Positions 1 to 14,834 of a stretch of DNA of 64,000 nucleotides are shown here, one piece after another; the first letter of the stretch is position 1; the number at the start of each line of letters is the position of its first letter. The position numbers and the translations under genes were made by a program. The notes under the pieces were generated by a model. It saw nothing but the letters and a program-made list of their open reading frames with translations. It was not told the DNA's origin and made no database searches. The stretch spans positions 124,001 to 188,000 of the forward strand of contig NW_020846723.1 in NCBI RefSeq assembly GCF_003704095.1. Reading direction: 5' to 3'. The stretch comes from Pocillopora damicornis (lineage: Eukaryota).

Positions 1-3000
1 CACTATGTAAGCGAGGAATGTCTGCCTTCTGTCTGTAGTACGAGTGTCTTCCAGCTGAAATTAACAAATAAGGTACCTCTGAAACAATACGGGAGGACTT
101 TCGATTCTCAAATCAAATGCTCTCTATTTTTTCCCTCATTTCCTACATCGACAAGTGCACTTACATTTGCACTATTGCAATTCACACCAATATTTCCTTG
201 CGTTTTAATTTGCGTCGTGCGTTTGAGCCAGTCTTAATAGCACTTAAAAAAGAGGAAACTTTGAAAGAAATTGTCGATTTGATTTCGAAAATTCCCGTAT
301 CTTACCTTGCTCAAAGATTCCAGTTTAAAGCCATAAGCCAGTCCTCTTCGGCTACTGTTCATGTAGTTGCCGTATATAAGTATAATCTGAAACGGAAGTA
401 AATAAAGATGTTATAATACTAGTTCTCCATTATTTAACAGCAGGAAAATCTGTAGAAGGAAGTATGTAACTATAACTAAAGCCTCACCTTAAATAACTTT
501 TTGAGTTTCGCACTATTGACTATAGACGTCGCCGCTCTCAAAACTGCGTCCACTTGCTGAAAAGAAATCATGAAAATGAACAGAAAGATTAGGCATGATC
601 CACTGATAAACAGACTATAATATCTAGAAAGGAATTGCTATGTACTCTCATGTACCATATGTTTTAATTTAACGCCATGTGCATGATGCATATTGTATAT
701 CTATCAGTTTTTGGTGAGCCCACCTGAGGAGAGGACAAACCCACATTCGCCCGGTGTTGAAAACCTGACATGACTTGTCAAGTACAGAATATCACGAGTT
801 CTGAATTGCTTATTGTAAGCGTTAATCACAGCTCTTTCTCTAAAACTATGCATGTGACCACCGCAAAAAACAAGAGTCACTTCAATCTGAAATAATGGCT
901 CACCGGTACAACAGTTCTCATAAGTTCGTCAAACACACCAATAAACGCCATGACACTCAGCTTAGCTTCGTATCTTTCCACTTTAGCAATCTGTGAGAAA
1001 AAAAAAAACTCTTAGCTTCTTAATAAAATAATAGAGAGCTAAATGATTTACACTAACAAGGTCTGTCTTAATTTTATTACAGACAGTTCATCAAATTGAA
1101 GCATGAAAAAATTTATACTAAAATGATATAGATGGAAACTAGCTTAAAGGTGGCATAATATTCTGATCCGAAAGCGATTTTTCTTGCTCAAAATTATGTG
1201 CACAGTTAAAGCAAATCTTAGTTAATGGTTACTAGTGTGAGAGGCACTTCAGAAGAACTGATCAAGATAAAGTCGTAGTAAGTGAACAGATGTCGAGATT
1301 CTAACCATGGGAGAACGACCATTTACAAAGGATCATGAGAGAAACGCGTTACACTGAAGCATGATATGTACCAAAGTCAAGGCATAAAATCAGAACCATG
1401 TGCAGTGATTTTGAATCATTTTACCTAAGAAGCAACACACAGCCCAATAGTCTCGATAGCCCCAATAGCTGGACTCCTTAACTGCAGTGTGGCAAACCCC
1501 TCTACCAACAACCCGTTCTCGAAAAAGAGTTTGATCTACTTATTCTCTCACCTCAAACAGAAATTGTTCAGCTTCAGCCAGCTTGAAGTACTCATGCGCG
1601 TGCTTAGCCAGTCCTGCCAACTAAAATTAAACGGATAACAAAAAAGAAAATCATTGAAGACCTTCAGTTACAAAAAGAAGAGCAAGACTGCATTGAGATT
1701 TAATTTTTTTTTTCATCAACAAGTGTCCACATCTTTCGCTACAAACAACTTCATTTGCATTTTCTGATGCGCGATATCAATACTTATTTTTTTATCACCA
1801 AAAGCAACCTTGTTATAACTTGAATTGTTCATCTTTCTTTCATCAAACAGATGGTTTGAACTGCTATACAGCTAACACATGTTATGGCTGTGCTCACCTC
1901 TGCTTTAGTTGGTACAAACTTGAGGAGTAACTCAGCATGTTCAGGTGGCAGTTCAACCAAGTCACATTGGTCGATCAGATGACCAATTGTTTCTGTAGAG
2001 TGCTGTATACGGCGCCGTGCGATAACTGCATAAGAACCAAACAGTAAACGAGATTTGAACGAAAATAAACTAAACTATACAAGTTTGTATCCTTCTTGAC
2101 CATCCTGACAGTTATTTATTTGGTAATTTTTCTCACCTCATCCGGAAATGTGAAATTGTGACTTAATGTTGTTCAGTGTTTGAGCATATAAAGCAAAGCG
2201 ATGTGAAATTGCATAAAACAGCCCCTCCCCCCTCAACCCCTCATTTAACAAGAGTGAAACAAAAGCAATGCTATTTACAACTCCTTACCAAGGTTTCTTG
2301 CCCTTTTAGGTTCGATAACTGTGATCTGTTCTGCGGCTCGTTTCAAAGCTGTTGAGTTTAAGCGAAAGAAACTTTACCTCCATACAAAATGATGTGAAAG
2401 ATGATGTTTTTTGGTGAGTGACTCAAGAGTACTCGGAAAAAAGAACTCCGAGTTCCCCCAATAGGTTTCGGATCTACGACCTTTCGATTACGGTACCACT
2501 GAGCTTTGGGAGACTCGTGGCAAGCTTAGCCGTTTAACTACATTCATGGTAACAAACTTCCTGCAAACTGCAAGGATAGGAATGTCGATATTTGATGCTT
2601 TTGTGCAATGATGATGTAAATGAAGAAGGTCAACCCCAAATATTTCATGTAAATGAAAACCACCGAGTTGATGTAATCAGTTGCTTTTAAGTTTTGAATT
2701 ATATGTGAACTTGAAGTAACAATTTCTTTTCTTAGAATTTCGTCATCACAGTAAAATTCAAAGTCGAGCTGAGCTCAAACCGTTTTTAGTGAGGTCTCTT
2801 TTAGTACCTTGTTCCTTTTTGGCGATGAGATCCTCAGAGGCTTCATTAATTTTCAGTTCAAATTTTCGGTCAAAATCGGCAAAGTCAAGAACTTCCATTA
2901 CTTCCTCATCGCTAATTCCCTGTTACAGGTGACGAGAAAACAAAAATTAAAAACCAGAAATGAGGCAAGAGGAAGGTTTAACGGAGTAACGAATTCTAAG

Positions 3001-6000
3001 CCGAGAAATTACACTATCTAAACGTGTTTTTCATTACCTTGGTTCTTATTTTTTGAAAACCCCTTTAAGCCTTTTGCTCTTTGTCCCAGACAAATTTTTT
3101 TACTCACAATGTTAGTGTCTAACTAGGCTCAATTTCTACCGTTCATCGAATCCCGTTTTTGTTGGGAACAGTCAATTCCAAAATCACAGAAGATCTTCTG
3201 TCTCAGGGAGGAATGACACCTTTAAATCGCTTCAAACTGTAGCAGCCCTGTGGCTTATAAAAAAGCTACTGGTTAAACTGGTTCGGAACAATTACGAGTT
3301 TACTTTAGTGTTTATATTTAAATTTTGGATGTGATTGGCCAAAATGTGTCAGAAGTAGACGTACCTTAAAGAATGCTGTTGCATCCGACTGAGAAGATAT
3401 TGGCGTCCAATTCAGCATCGGGAGACGAACTTTGTTAGTAGCTACACGTCGTCTCAAGGATGGAGTCCCGTCTAGAAACGTTACAAGACAACAATTACAA
3501 TTCCTAACGGAAACTTGAACACGAAAGTTTTTGGGGAGAATTCTTTTAGCGGCCAAGCGGCAAGAAAGCTCCGTCGCCTTCATTTTCATTGAAAAGGTAC
3601 AAACCCCCTACGCGAATTTTCCCATCACAACTGATGGGAAAAACATACCTATACTGACAGCGAAACTTTACAATATATTTACGATTAAACTCTTGATCTC
3701 TTCTTTTATTCAGAGGAAGCGAGCTAAAGGTCCCTATTCTTGCCTTTACTTACCTATATCAGGGGGAGGGGGAGGAGGAGGCACCAGCATTCCTGCGTTG
3801 AAACAAAACAAATGTTGCTTGATTAGTCACAGCCTTACTATTTACAGTAACATTTACACCATGACGAGTGCCTCCTTGCACAGACACCTACCAACATTTT
3901 TCAGTGCAGAGAAGTCTGCACATTCCACCTGTTAACACATAGCAGTTGATTAGCTTTTTCAGCAGACCTCCGTAACAAACTGGAAATTAAATGCTGAAGC
4001 TTCGAGCATGAGCCGCTTTTCGAAGGTAATTAAACAACTTTGCTCCAATGAACGTCATCTTAGCAAAATTTGCTGTGATGGTCTATCTTTGACAACTTCA
4101 AGTCTACAATCAAAAAAAGTGTTTCGCTCCCTCTCCGACGCAGAAAACCAATAACTTTGCTAATATTAAACATAGAGAACCTACCATTCGGAACTGGTGG
4201 GGGAGGGGGTGGTGGCGGTGGTGGAGGGCTAATAGGTGGGGCCACTGCTGCAGCTGCCTCGGTTACACTGGTAACGAGTTCATTCGGCAATTCAACCTGG
4301 TCAGCCTCGTGCTTGACTTGTTTCTGAAAATTAATATGAATAAGAAGACCCTGTGTTTAGCGGACAACATACCGAGCTGACACGCCACATAAAGGGGAAA
4401 TCCTAAACTGAGCAGAGTCCTGCCCAAGTCCTCTAATTTTCCTCCCATATCTACTGCAAATAAATGTAGTCAGCGGACACATCTATCGACCAAAGGTTGA
4501 CGCCAATATTGGACGCTTTTCAAATATAAAACCTGTATTAAGAGGAGATTAGAGTTTCTGCTTGAGACAGTTACATGTGTAAGATTACATTCTTCACTGT
4601 GAATAAAAGTTTCTCGATGTATCCTAAATGCCAGGTTCAAAGGGATAGCAAATACTAATTTTGTTATATCTAGGTGTTAGCAATAACTGCACAGCTAAAC
4701 GTTGTACTATGAGGACGTTCTTGATTTTTTATATTCACGCGTTTTAACTGCCTAGAAGAAAGTACAAATCACTAACCACAACGTTCTCCAGGGTCGTTTG
4801 TAGTTCTGTAGCTCGCAGTCTGTATTCTTCAGATCGCATATCGAGCTTAAAAAAAAAGGTTAAAAAAAGAACCGTTTAAAAAGATTGAATAAGCTTATAA
4901 TCAATCTCCGTTAAAAAAATTTCGAAACAAGTCCTAAAGGTAAAGTAAGATCAGAATAAACTGTGATAGAGATATACACGCTCAGTTATAAATGGTTATC
5001 CATTCAAATAGATGAAGAAAAAGATTTTCTGATGTCAGTAGTGTTGTAAGCTAAGTTCAAGCTAAAAGCCGACTCATTAACAGCAGTGAGTAAACGATGT
5101 ATAGGTAACGTTCCGTGATTAAAGAGAAAACACCTCTTACCTCTGTGTTTCGTGTTTTCAGTTCACTGTTCTCCCTTTGAAATTCCTGTAAAACATCAAA
5201 TAAGCAATACAAAGCCTACTTTAGCCACTGTTTTGATTTATAGAAAACTGTTTTCAAGTTGTCCCTCCTTGAAATAATCAGAGCTATTGATCAGACGGTA
5301 TACGAATGAAGAAATTCCCAGGCCTCTTACCTCAAGTTTAGTTTGCAAAAGATCGACCTGTGAGAAAACAAAGAAAACATAACTAAATGCCCACCAGGAA
5401 TTAAAGAACTCATTCAGGGGTTTCCATAACAGCCAGTTAAAAGACCTCTCACTGTCATCTGTTGAGCCTGCGCTCTGCTTGGTTTCGTGCTTTATCGAAA
5501 CCCTTGTAATCGAATGTATTTTAAGTAATGCCGTAAAACTGATAATTTTCGCATCACATTGTAGAAGGAACAGCAGAAACAGAAGAAAATTTCAAGTGTC
5601 TCTTTCAAGAGCTTCACGAAAACGAAAATTAAGAAATCCATTGATTCCATTCGCGTGAGATTGCATGGACGTGGGTTGATCATAGGTGTGGTCATTTTTT
5701 GATTGCTTAGGAACTGAAAATTTGAGCTCTTTCATTATGCAGGGATTTTTTTGGCACAGAGAAACTATTCAGACGCAGTCAGCGCAAAATAAGCCAGAAG
5801 GTCAGTTAAAAGCTAATTAAAACATTTGAGCGCTTGGAGAGATGCTTTTCCTTCGATGACCGATTGAATGAATCGTGTAAAATTCAGTTACAGGTTTGCC
5901 ACCTCTTAACACGTTGCCAGAGACTTAAAAGGTATAACCGTGTACATTTTTAGGGAAGTTATGGCCCTACAGAATCAAACCATTTTCGTACTTTCTTCAT

Positions 6001-9000
6001 TTGTAAAGAATCATTAGTAATTACACTACGTCTTGTGCAATTTCCTACCTCGTCTCTTAGGTACTTAGTACGTTCTCTGAGAGTCACAAACTCGTCCATG
6101 ACAGCTTGTACGTGAATGTAGTTGTCCTGCCACGTTTTAATCGCTTCTCTTACAGATGAAGCATCCATACCTTCCAATCCCTGTGAAAAAAAGCATAAAT
6201 ACGTTCACTATAACGGCAGTGTACTTTGACAGCAGGAGTGAAAGTGTAAATGAAACAGTACCCTTTCCAAACGCTCCACATCAAATCCTGCATCTTCGAT
6301 TTCTTGTTGGTGACAAACTTTCTTGTTGAATGTTGGCGAGATACTGATCAACGAGTTGAAAAAATTCAGGCAGAGTGTCTGAAAGAAATAATCATAACAT
6401 CTTATTTAGCATAATATAGCTTACACATGAATGTACTGTCTTTTTACTATCTTTTGTGCTCTTACACCTTCCTATTGCTGCTTAACTGAGTAAAATATAG
6501 CACAGTCATTTTATTCACGTAAACAGTGCTTAGAGTGAATGCTTTGTTGCCGAAATTAAAACATTCTGCGCAAAATCTGCCCCAACATCCACGCGCTTTA
6601 CGTGGCGTAGAATTCACAAGAATGAAGGTTCACAAAATGGAGAAGTTTTCGATACTGTGGGTCGATAGTAATTAAAGATTTCGGTGGTTTTCCCACAATC
6701 CGGGGCCCTGTTGTTCAAGAGCGGATAATGCTATCCAACAGGTAAAATCGCTCTCCAGCGGATCAGAGTTCACAAAACGCAGAAAGAGATCTATCCAGTG
6801 AATAGCGTTCTTCAGTCTTTGAACAATCAGGGCCAGCCAGTTTACTTGTTTTCATTCTGTGGTCTCATTGGCTCCTAGTGATAGTTTCTTTTCTTGTCAT
6901 TGGCTGTTGCAATAAGATATTACTTTGGATTTGGTTTTCCGACTATCAATCGAAATGCACCATAAACGTCATCTCCAAAACCACGTCTATCCCACAACTG
7001 AGGAAAGGTTTAACTGAGCTTGGCTACATTTAATACATATACATCAGCATATCACTTTTGCCATTATGTACCTGGAACTGTGGTGATATGGGCCTCTTGT
7101 AAATCAAGTTCACCAGTGTTTCAAATGTGCGCGCCTCTCGCGTTGTTCTTGCATAAAACCTGATTGCATCAATAACTTTTTCATAGTATTCTGACTGCAT
7201 ACAAGCTTGTGTTAACATCTGGAAGGAGAAAAAGATTGTCAACATAATCATTATGGACAGTAATCTAAGCTCGTCAAGTTACTAAAAGGGATGATTAGAA
7301 AAGCTCTGATTTCCTCTTTCTGTCAGAGCCTGCATTACTTTTTGGCACAGGTGTTTTTAGTTTTCCTAGTATATTTGCTTACTGGCTATTTTTTATCATC
7401 ATTATTGTCACCATCATTATCGTCATCAAATTTATTGGGGGGCATACAAGTTTTACATTATAGCATGCAAATTGGCGCTGAAATGATTATTTTGAAAAAT
7501 ACAATGTACATTGTTGGTCTCAGATTACATAGTAGCTTTAACGTGAAGAAAAGTATTTAATCAGATAGCATAACTATACAACTTTAGTACCTTGGGGAAT
7601 GTGCATAGGTTTCACATTGAAAGGGCAACATTCCATACAAAAAATATATTTGCAGAAACCGTTAAACTGATGGCATCCAAACTATTATGTTGTTAAATAA
7701 ATGGGCGGAAAATGTGTAGTTCCATACCTTCACAACCAGTGCCTGAGTTTTTAAACTTTTTATATTTAAACAGAGGATGATAGATTTTAGGCAATCATCC
7801 ACACTCATCACTGACTGAAAGCCATACTGCAAAAAGAAAATTAAATGTTATTCAAATAAAATATTCAGGAGTCAGGCAGTAGTGAATCAACCAATAAACT
7901 TAATTTAACTTTGTATTTGGTAATAATCCACATGGAATATCAAAAGAATACAATTGGGAAAGTTTGTTAAATGACAACGCAAAGGCAGGTGGTTTACAAA
8001 CTTTAAAACTTTCCTCCCACATTCCGAGTGGAATCTAACACCAAGAGTAATCTAACAGAAATTTACCCTAATATATTCCTTTCAAAAAAATTGCCATGGG
8101 TTTAGAAGTATAACTCATAAAACTCAAGAGAAAAATTTTGACCAATCAGTGAAAATAGTAACACCATTGATAAAAACCTATGAAAACTTTTGAAAGTTTG
8201 AGTTACAAAGCTAATATGTGTCATGGTATAATATAATGGCTCAATTATATTAAAACTACCAAGCCTGACTAATTTGTGGAGAGATTGCACTTTGCAGAAA
8301 AGTAGAAAGTTCCATAACATTTTGGACATACCTTGTTTCTCATCAAAACTCTCACACACATCAGACAGAGATGTTCATCGATCTGAAAGGAAGCAAAAAA
8401 TTAGACTTTTCTGTAAGGTGTAGAGTTTAATGAATAAATGATTAAATAAGAGACAAGGAAATGAATGAATGAATGAATGAAACAATGAGAAGAAGAGTGA
8501 TTACAAAATCAAGCAACACTTTGCACTAACTTCCCTCACATCGAAAAACAACTTACTGCAATAATAAATGCCATACCCATCATTAATAAATCATTGACTA
8601 ACTCACTACTGATGGTCCTTTATTATCTAACAAGAGCAATGACAATTCAAAACTAAACTACATTAGTTTAGAAAACATTTCACACTTACATAGTCTCTAG
8701 CCAAAACATCTGGTTTTCCCTTCCTCTTTGGTACATCTTCATCTTCTGCTGGTGGTTGATTTAAGTGAAGGTACTGGAGGAATTCAATCAATGCAATGTG
8801 ACCCCTGAATGGATCATCGATAAATTCACGCAGCCATCTGGAAGAAAGAAATCAAATCAAATAGATTATGAAAGTAGATGAAGAGTGTAGTGGGGGCAAG
8901 TGTCCCTGCTGAATTTATTATTATCCAGCCTGAAAAAGAGGCGTTTCATAACTAGCTATTGTACCTCAATATTAAGAATTATTGGATGAAATTGCATATC

Positions 9001-12000
9001 ACATCATGAATTAACAAAACTGAGGTCTGAGTGATCTGCAGAAATCAAAGACTGAGGGAGATAACTTGACATGAGGTTTGATAATTCATATTTGTATCAG
9101 TAAAAGCCAAACTGAATAATTTTTTATCATACACTTTTTAAACAATTGGCAATTTAAGAAGACTCTAATCAAAAGTTTGAGAACACTACACAGACAGAGG
9201 GCTTGGAAACTATGCAGGCTTTGAACTTGATATGATAATGCAATATCTGCTCCAGATATTACATTTGTCATATCAAATTAAAAAATTATTACATATTTAC
9301 TGAATACTCTTAACCAGTCAGATTTTTCATAGGAAGTCTAATGTATAGTTATTATAGTAGATGACATCAAATATGTGAATGAAAAGTTTTAATAATTTGA
9401 AGCCATTCTGGTTGCACATCCAATATCTTGTGTTCCTTTCATGTATATTAATCTCCATCAACAATGAAAAAATAGTGGCTTGTACAACTTCTATTTCATT
9501 ACAAAATTGCTTACGTTGTGTTAGGATGGGTGCGGAGGTCCACTTCCAGGGATCTTAGTACCATTTCTACAGGCTCCAAACCCTTCAGGAGTTTCTTGTT
9601 CAGTGTTTTATTGAGTGCTATATCCCTGTGGGATTTTAACTGATCAATATAAAATCCTGAAGTATACTTGGGCTGCATCAATTCCTATAAAAACAGGATA
9701 AATTCATATCCGTGGTTAATCATATTGAACCTCAATGGCACAGGAAAAATATATTGAACAGTTTGTATCATTCACTTGAATAAATATTAGGTTACAGATA
9801 CCTTTTATACAGAGCTCTCAAGTCTCCCACAAATGAGGTCAATCTTCAATTTTATTTCTTGCACATTTTGGCTTTCTGATTTGAACTATTGATTTTGAGG
9901 TAGCAAAATTCTGCTTCAGTTCAGTAAGTACTATTTTAATATTATCTACTCTTGTGTCCCTTGTATTTGTTTTAAGCACTTTACACCAATGGAATTTATT
10001 GTTCAGAACAAAGAAATACATGTCTGAGCTACTATAGTTTTTACAAGTTTCTAGGGAGCATGCCCCCATAACAACCAGGAAGGTGATACCTGCTGTGGCA
10101 ATCAATCAATCAAAGTATACAATAAAAATCTCACTCTTTGCCAGAAAATAAACTTGAGAGCTCTGCTTCTAAACAAAGATATTTTCAGCAAGTCATATTA
10201 TCACTGTTTCAGTTGACAAGGTTATTGTGGAAAAAATTTGGGAGAGAAATTAATTAGCAACTTGAGTTGCCAAGTTGGCGGCCATGCAGTGAGCTGCATG
10301 TTTTCATTATGTAGAGCTTATGTTCTTTAATGAAACTGAGCTTACATATGTTCAAAATATCATCAGAGCTCTTTCCTTTGTTTCATAATAACACTTTCTT
10401 GTCAAGTATGGCCAGTTTGGGGGTGTGCCACTGAGGAATAGGTTTATGGCATTGACTGCCACTCTCTTCTGCACAGCTAAGGTATACATATATAAATCTT
10501 ACTTAAGTTGGAGTTTTAGAATCAGGGAAAAAAAAGATTAATGCAAATTTATCCTCTATCTTAAATGAGGTACTGACAAGGTAGATACATATTTGTCCTT
10601 TGCTCCATCAGGGTTTTAACAGCCCTGTAAGTACCCCTCTAGATCAGGGAGTCTAGAAGTTACAACAAAACATGCATGGCAGGTCTAATACTGGATAACC
10701 TGTGGTGCTCTGGCAGGTGTTCATAGCTCATACCACTCTACAGTACCCATATGCATGTTTTAAGTTAAATCATTAATCTCTGAGCACAATTTTTTTAAAG
10801 GAGTATGTAACATTTGTAGTTACAGGTGTATCCTTTCCTGAAAAAGTATTTTGTCTTAGAAAATGGCAGATTTTATCTGAAGATCAAATTACCAGTAAGT
10901 GTGTACAAATAAGCTTCAACAATTTGAAAAGATTGGTAAAGTATGTAAAATGATGTTCAAAAAATTAGGCACTCATCTAAAATACATTGGGAATAGAATT
11001 TTTCTCTTTTGTAAATTTACAGCAAACAATTAGCAGCTTGCTTTTTCTTTATAACATTAGAATGATTCAGATGAAAAACTTTTGTTCCTTAACTTTTTGA
11101 CAGACCTTTCAAATATTCCTCGTTGTCAACTGAAAGCCAACAGTTTTAGTTGTTACTAAGGTTCTGCATTAATTAATTACAATGTTTCATTTAAGTACAC
11201 TTAGGAGTCACAAAAGAAAGATCAGAAGCTCAAAGTATTTCGAAAACTTACAGTATTAGCGACCAAACGAGCTAGGAACTTCGTTGCAACCCTTTTTTGC
11301 TATAAAACACGAAATTTTATTCTGTGCCACCTGCAAACTTCCCAATTAGGTTCTCTTTCAATATTAACCGCAGGATATTTATAGCAAAGTCAAACAATAA
11401 AATTTTTTACTAATTTCCGATGACATTTATTGCACGGCGCAAAGATATCAATTTATACCCCAGTTTCTCAGCATTCAAAGTAAAATAAATGACGGGGAAA
11501 CCGTGGGAAAAGCCACGACTATAATCCAAGCAATCAGATCCTATTGTAGTTTTATTCTCTGTAGCGACAAAAGGATTAATTAAAGTTTAATACCGACATC
11601 GATAATATGTCACTTTCGACTGACGTACGTGTTATGGATGCCATGTTAGGCGTCCTAGACATAAAATAAAGACTTTTCAACATAACTTTACCAAGCCTTT
11701 TTACAGGCAATATCAAACACATATCCCCGTAAGTTTTCAAAACTGGGTTCAAATTTTAACCTTCTGAACTAATTTAAAACGCTTGAGTCTGACTCCCTAA
11801 GTGATCAAATATTGTGTTGCCATCGGAACATTAAATAAGAAGGAAAAATCTGGATACCTTTGCTTTGATCATTTTCCATTTGTGAGCCTTCGGACTTTTA
11901 GCGAGCTCCGCAGCTCTTTCTGGAGGTAATGTCATCTTTTCCTACAAGAAGAACAGGGCAAAGCATTAAAAAGTTGACAAAGTAATCAGCAGTTGTTTAC

Positions 12001-12517
12001 CTTTCGTGCACCGCACAAATATAACCTATCGAAACTCTCGAATACTTTGGAATTAAGTTGAATTCCAACTTACCAATAATGTCGAAAATCTTCTTTCGAT
12101 TTCTTCATCGTCGGGTAGTTCTTCGTCGACATCAAATTCTACGGTCACAAAATGTTTTCATTTAGAAAAAAAAAGTTGCGTAAAGATCGCAGGAGTTACG
12201 CTAAAAGCACGCTTTAAGTATATTTTGCTTGTTTCACATGGTCTACAATCTAATCGCGTGTTTGCTCCAGCAGAATACCTCAGGAAGCTCACCTTTGTTT
12301 GGAACAAATGACTTCACTTTAACATTAACCACAAAAGTCCGCTAATAAAGGAAACACCAGCAATCTAACCTGTGTCATCTCCACCTGAAGAACTCTGCGA
12401 CAGAACAGCGCTCGACGACGATCTTACTGAATCGAACATACTTAACCTGGATCTTCGAACTTCGCCGTTCTTCTTCTTATTTTTAGCTTTTGCATTCCCA
12501 CCTCGATCGTGCACCAT
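1..12517 (-). CDS. FMNL: Formin, FMNL-like (GBD/FH3-FH1-FH2), about 22 coding exons in window, 3' end beyond the left edge
   Basis: Spliced exons translate to GBD-type segments (EELPDDEEIERRFSTLL ~12075-12139; MTLPPERAAELAK..KWKMI ~11858-11941; LRSLEVDLRTHPNT/WLREFI ~9516-9684/8690-8838; DEHLCLMCVRVLMRNK/YGF), a coiled coil, polyproline FH1 (~4186-4323, 3754-3793) and FH2 (LPMLNWTPI ~3365-3472; KRARNL; LLKFVPTKAE; IILIYGNYMNSSRRGLAYGFKLESL ~306-386). Start ATG at 12517 is tentative. Confidence 0.88.
2425..2592 (-). mobile_element. tRNA-related SINE fragment; a more decayed relative at ~32085-32210
   Basis: Minus strand GCTCAGTGGT..AATCGAAAGGTCGTAGATCCGAAACC (A/B-box-like). Confidence 0.45.
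6702..6835. mobile_element. Short palindromic MITE
   Basis: GGCCCTGTTGTTCAAGA ... TCTTTGAACAATCAGGGCC with internal GGATA/TATCC repeats. Confidence 0.55.
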
Positions 12518-14834
12518 GCTGTTATCCGTTTGCCAAGCTGTGCCACTACAAAGGATCAAAATGAATACTCCAATGAGAATTCTTACGGGCCGTCTGTTTT
12601 GGTTCCTGTCGGTAAACTCTGATCTCCCTGGGGGAGAGGGGCTAGGAAATTTTTGTCATACGTAGCAGGATCGACTGGAACCTTCGAAATCCAAATTAAC
12701 CTTTGACATTCATGAGAGTGGCGAAATACTTTAGATCTCTTGACGTGAGTTTGGAAACATCATGAAGGACGGGAATATCTTTTAATAGGCTAAGAGTTGT
12801 AAGTGGTATAAGCAATAGGATTAAGAACCCCATTATAGTGATGCTATTACACTGAATTTGATCTTCAAAAAAAAAGAAAAATAATAATAATAATACGAAA
12901 AAAGTTAAGGAGGGAGGGAGGGAGGTAATGTCAACGCGAAAGATTCACTCATGGGTACATAAAACATAAAATAGAATAAAAGATTATGCACTATGGAATA
13001 TTTCACAGATTTCAGCCATGCACGCTATGCAACAATAAGACGTGAACACGAGACGAACACATCCGTCATAAATTCTATATCATGACGAAACCTTCCTTCC
13101 TTAGAAATTTCTTCATGTCTGAAATTCTAATGTCAATAATTTTTAATTCTGAGACGAATAAGGACTTTCCATAAAAACAATAATCCTTAGATTTTCTGCT
13201 TATAAACGATGCCCGCCAAATGAGAACCAGAAGAGTGCCAAAAAAAACGTGACTTGTAACAACTTTCAAAACAATGGGTAATTTGAAAGTGTGCTCTAGA
13301 ATTGTAGTTAGCTTTGAAGCTGGCGGCAACCGATGCTCTTTGTTTAGCCGTTCTTTTTTCGCGAGGCTTATTTAGTGAGTGCCAAAGAAGCAACCGCGTT
13401 CGACACTCAAGCCTGCTCTCGTCAGACGAGAGGGCTGAATCATAAGTAATCAGTGACCGTTCATCAGGTGGCGAATGATTTCGAAAGGTTATCCCTCTTT
13501 CATTTAAATAAAGTTTTAACTATTTACCTGAGTCTACGGCTGAAAAGTTGTTTTCTCTTAGTTTCTCTGCACACGGTGGAAAAAAATAAAATGCTTTTAA
13601 TTTTTCGCAACTAGGTTGGAAAACGGAAGTGGCTATTTAATCAAATTCACCGGAATCCGACGCGACGAAAAGGGACACGAAATCTTGAAATCTATTCAGA
13701 GAATTCTTAAATAACTTTCTTTTCTCCTATGTGGTATTTGGATTTTTAGATTTTATCATTCTTAACTACGCCATCCGCCTTCATTCCAGCAATAAGATGT
13801 TACTGTTAAAAATAAATGTTGCGTGCACGGTTGTGACGTCTTTCCTGCTTCGGCATAAATCAACCCGCTAAGGTGATTGTCTGAAGTGAAAAGACAAAAG
13901 CCAAGCCGGACAACGGCGATAAGATTTGTTATTATTTATTTATTTATTTATTTATTTATCTGTTTTTGCAACCAGGCAACACCGTACAAAATTTAATTAC
14001 TTTGTAAGAGTCTTAAAGCTGACCTCTTTAGTCATTGCTGAAAATCGGGATTATCTACGAAAACTCAAAACCCCTTGCCTCACAGCAGAGAAGCGACATT
14101 CAATTCCAGCTAAGATTATCAAATAAACTAGGAAATAATTTTTTTGAAGTTCTTCCTAGCCTGCGAGCTGGCTCTTATAAGCATTATAAGCGTCACGACA
14201 CAATCGGATAAGCCAAAGGGATTCGAGCGTGAGGTTATTGAGGGGTCTGGTTGCTGCTCTTATTTCACGATTAAGACCGATAAGGCACTTGAAATTAGCT
14301 GCAGAGTTCCAACATGACTCAGAATCCAGTGCAAGGTTTATGTTTGAGAGTGCACGAGCTGAATCCTCTCCCAACCTAATTAATGAAAGGTTGTATTGGC
14401 GTCTTGCTGTCAGAATTGACGAAGATGATCGGGTTACTGTCGTTTGACGACTCTCATTTACCTTCACGGCGCCAGTAAAACAGGTCTTGATAAGAATTAA
14501 AATACAAAGTCTCCCCTATTCAATGTACCAAAATTTCAAACAAATCTTCAGTAGGATCCTGCTTCACTGAATCTTTTTTTTTAAGTACTGTTTTTCATCT
14601 GTATCAAAAAGAAGCGAAATATTGTCCACCTCACTTCGTTTTTTTTTTTTTTTTTTTGTCTTTCGTTAGCACTAAGAAGCTACAACGCTGATGGTAGCGA
14701 CGTCCTAGGACAACTCTGTTTTCACCTGTCTATTTTAGAATTAGAGGCGAGACATTATCAAAAAGATGCGTTTTTAAATTCCGTCGAATGAAACTGTACC
14801 GAAAACCTTTCTGGGGAGAAAACGCATCAAAGGG

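Noticed and set aside
11850-11858. GTATCC donor in the formin as a U12 intron
   Set aside because: It continues AG (GTATCCAG), not TT, so it does not fit the U12 consensus.
12518-12660. Hydrophobic open frame upstream of the formin ATG (RILIGVFILILC), one base out of frame with an ATG at ~12659
   Set aside because: It would need a frameshift or assembly error; animal FMNL formins lack such leaders, so it is probably 5'UTR.
13410-13445. Hammerhead core CUGACGA on the minus strand
   Set aside because: No correctly placed GAAA or cleavage triplet.
14160-14385. Plus-strand Cys-rich frame interrupted by three TGA codons as a selenoprotein
   Set aside because: No recognisable selenoprotein motif or SECIS; consistent with chance stops.
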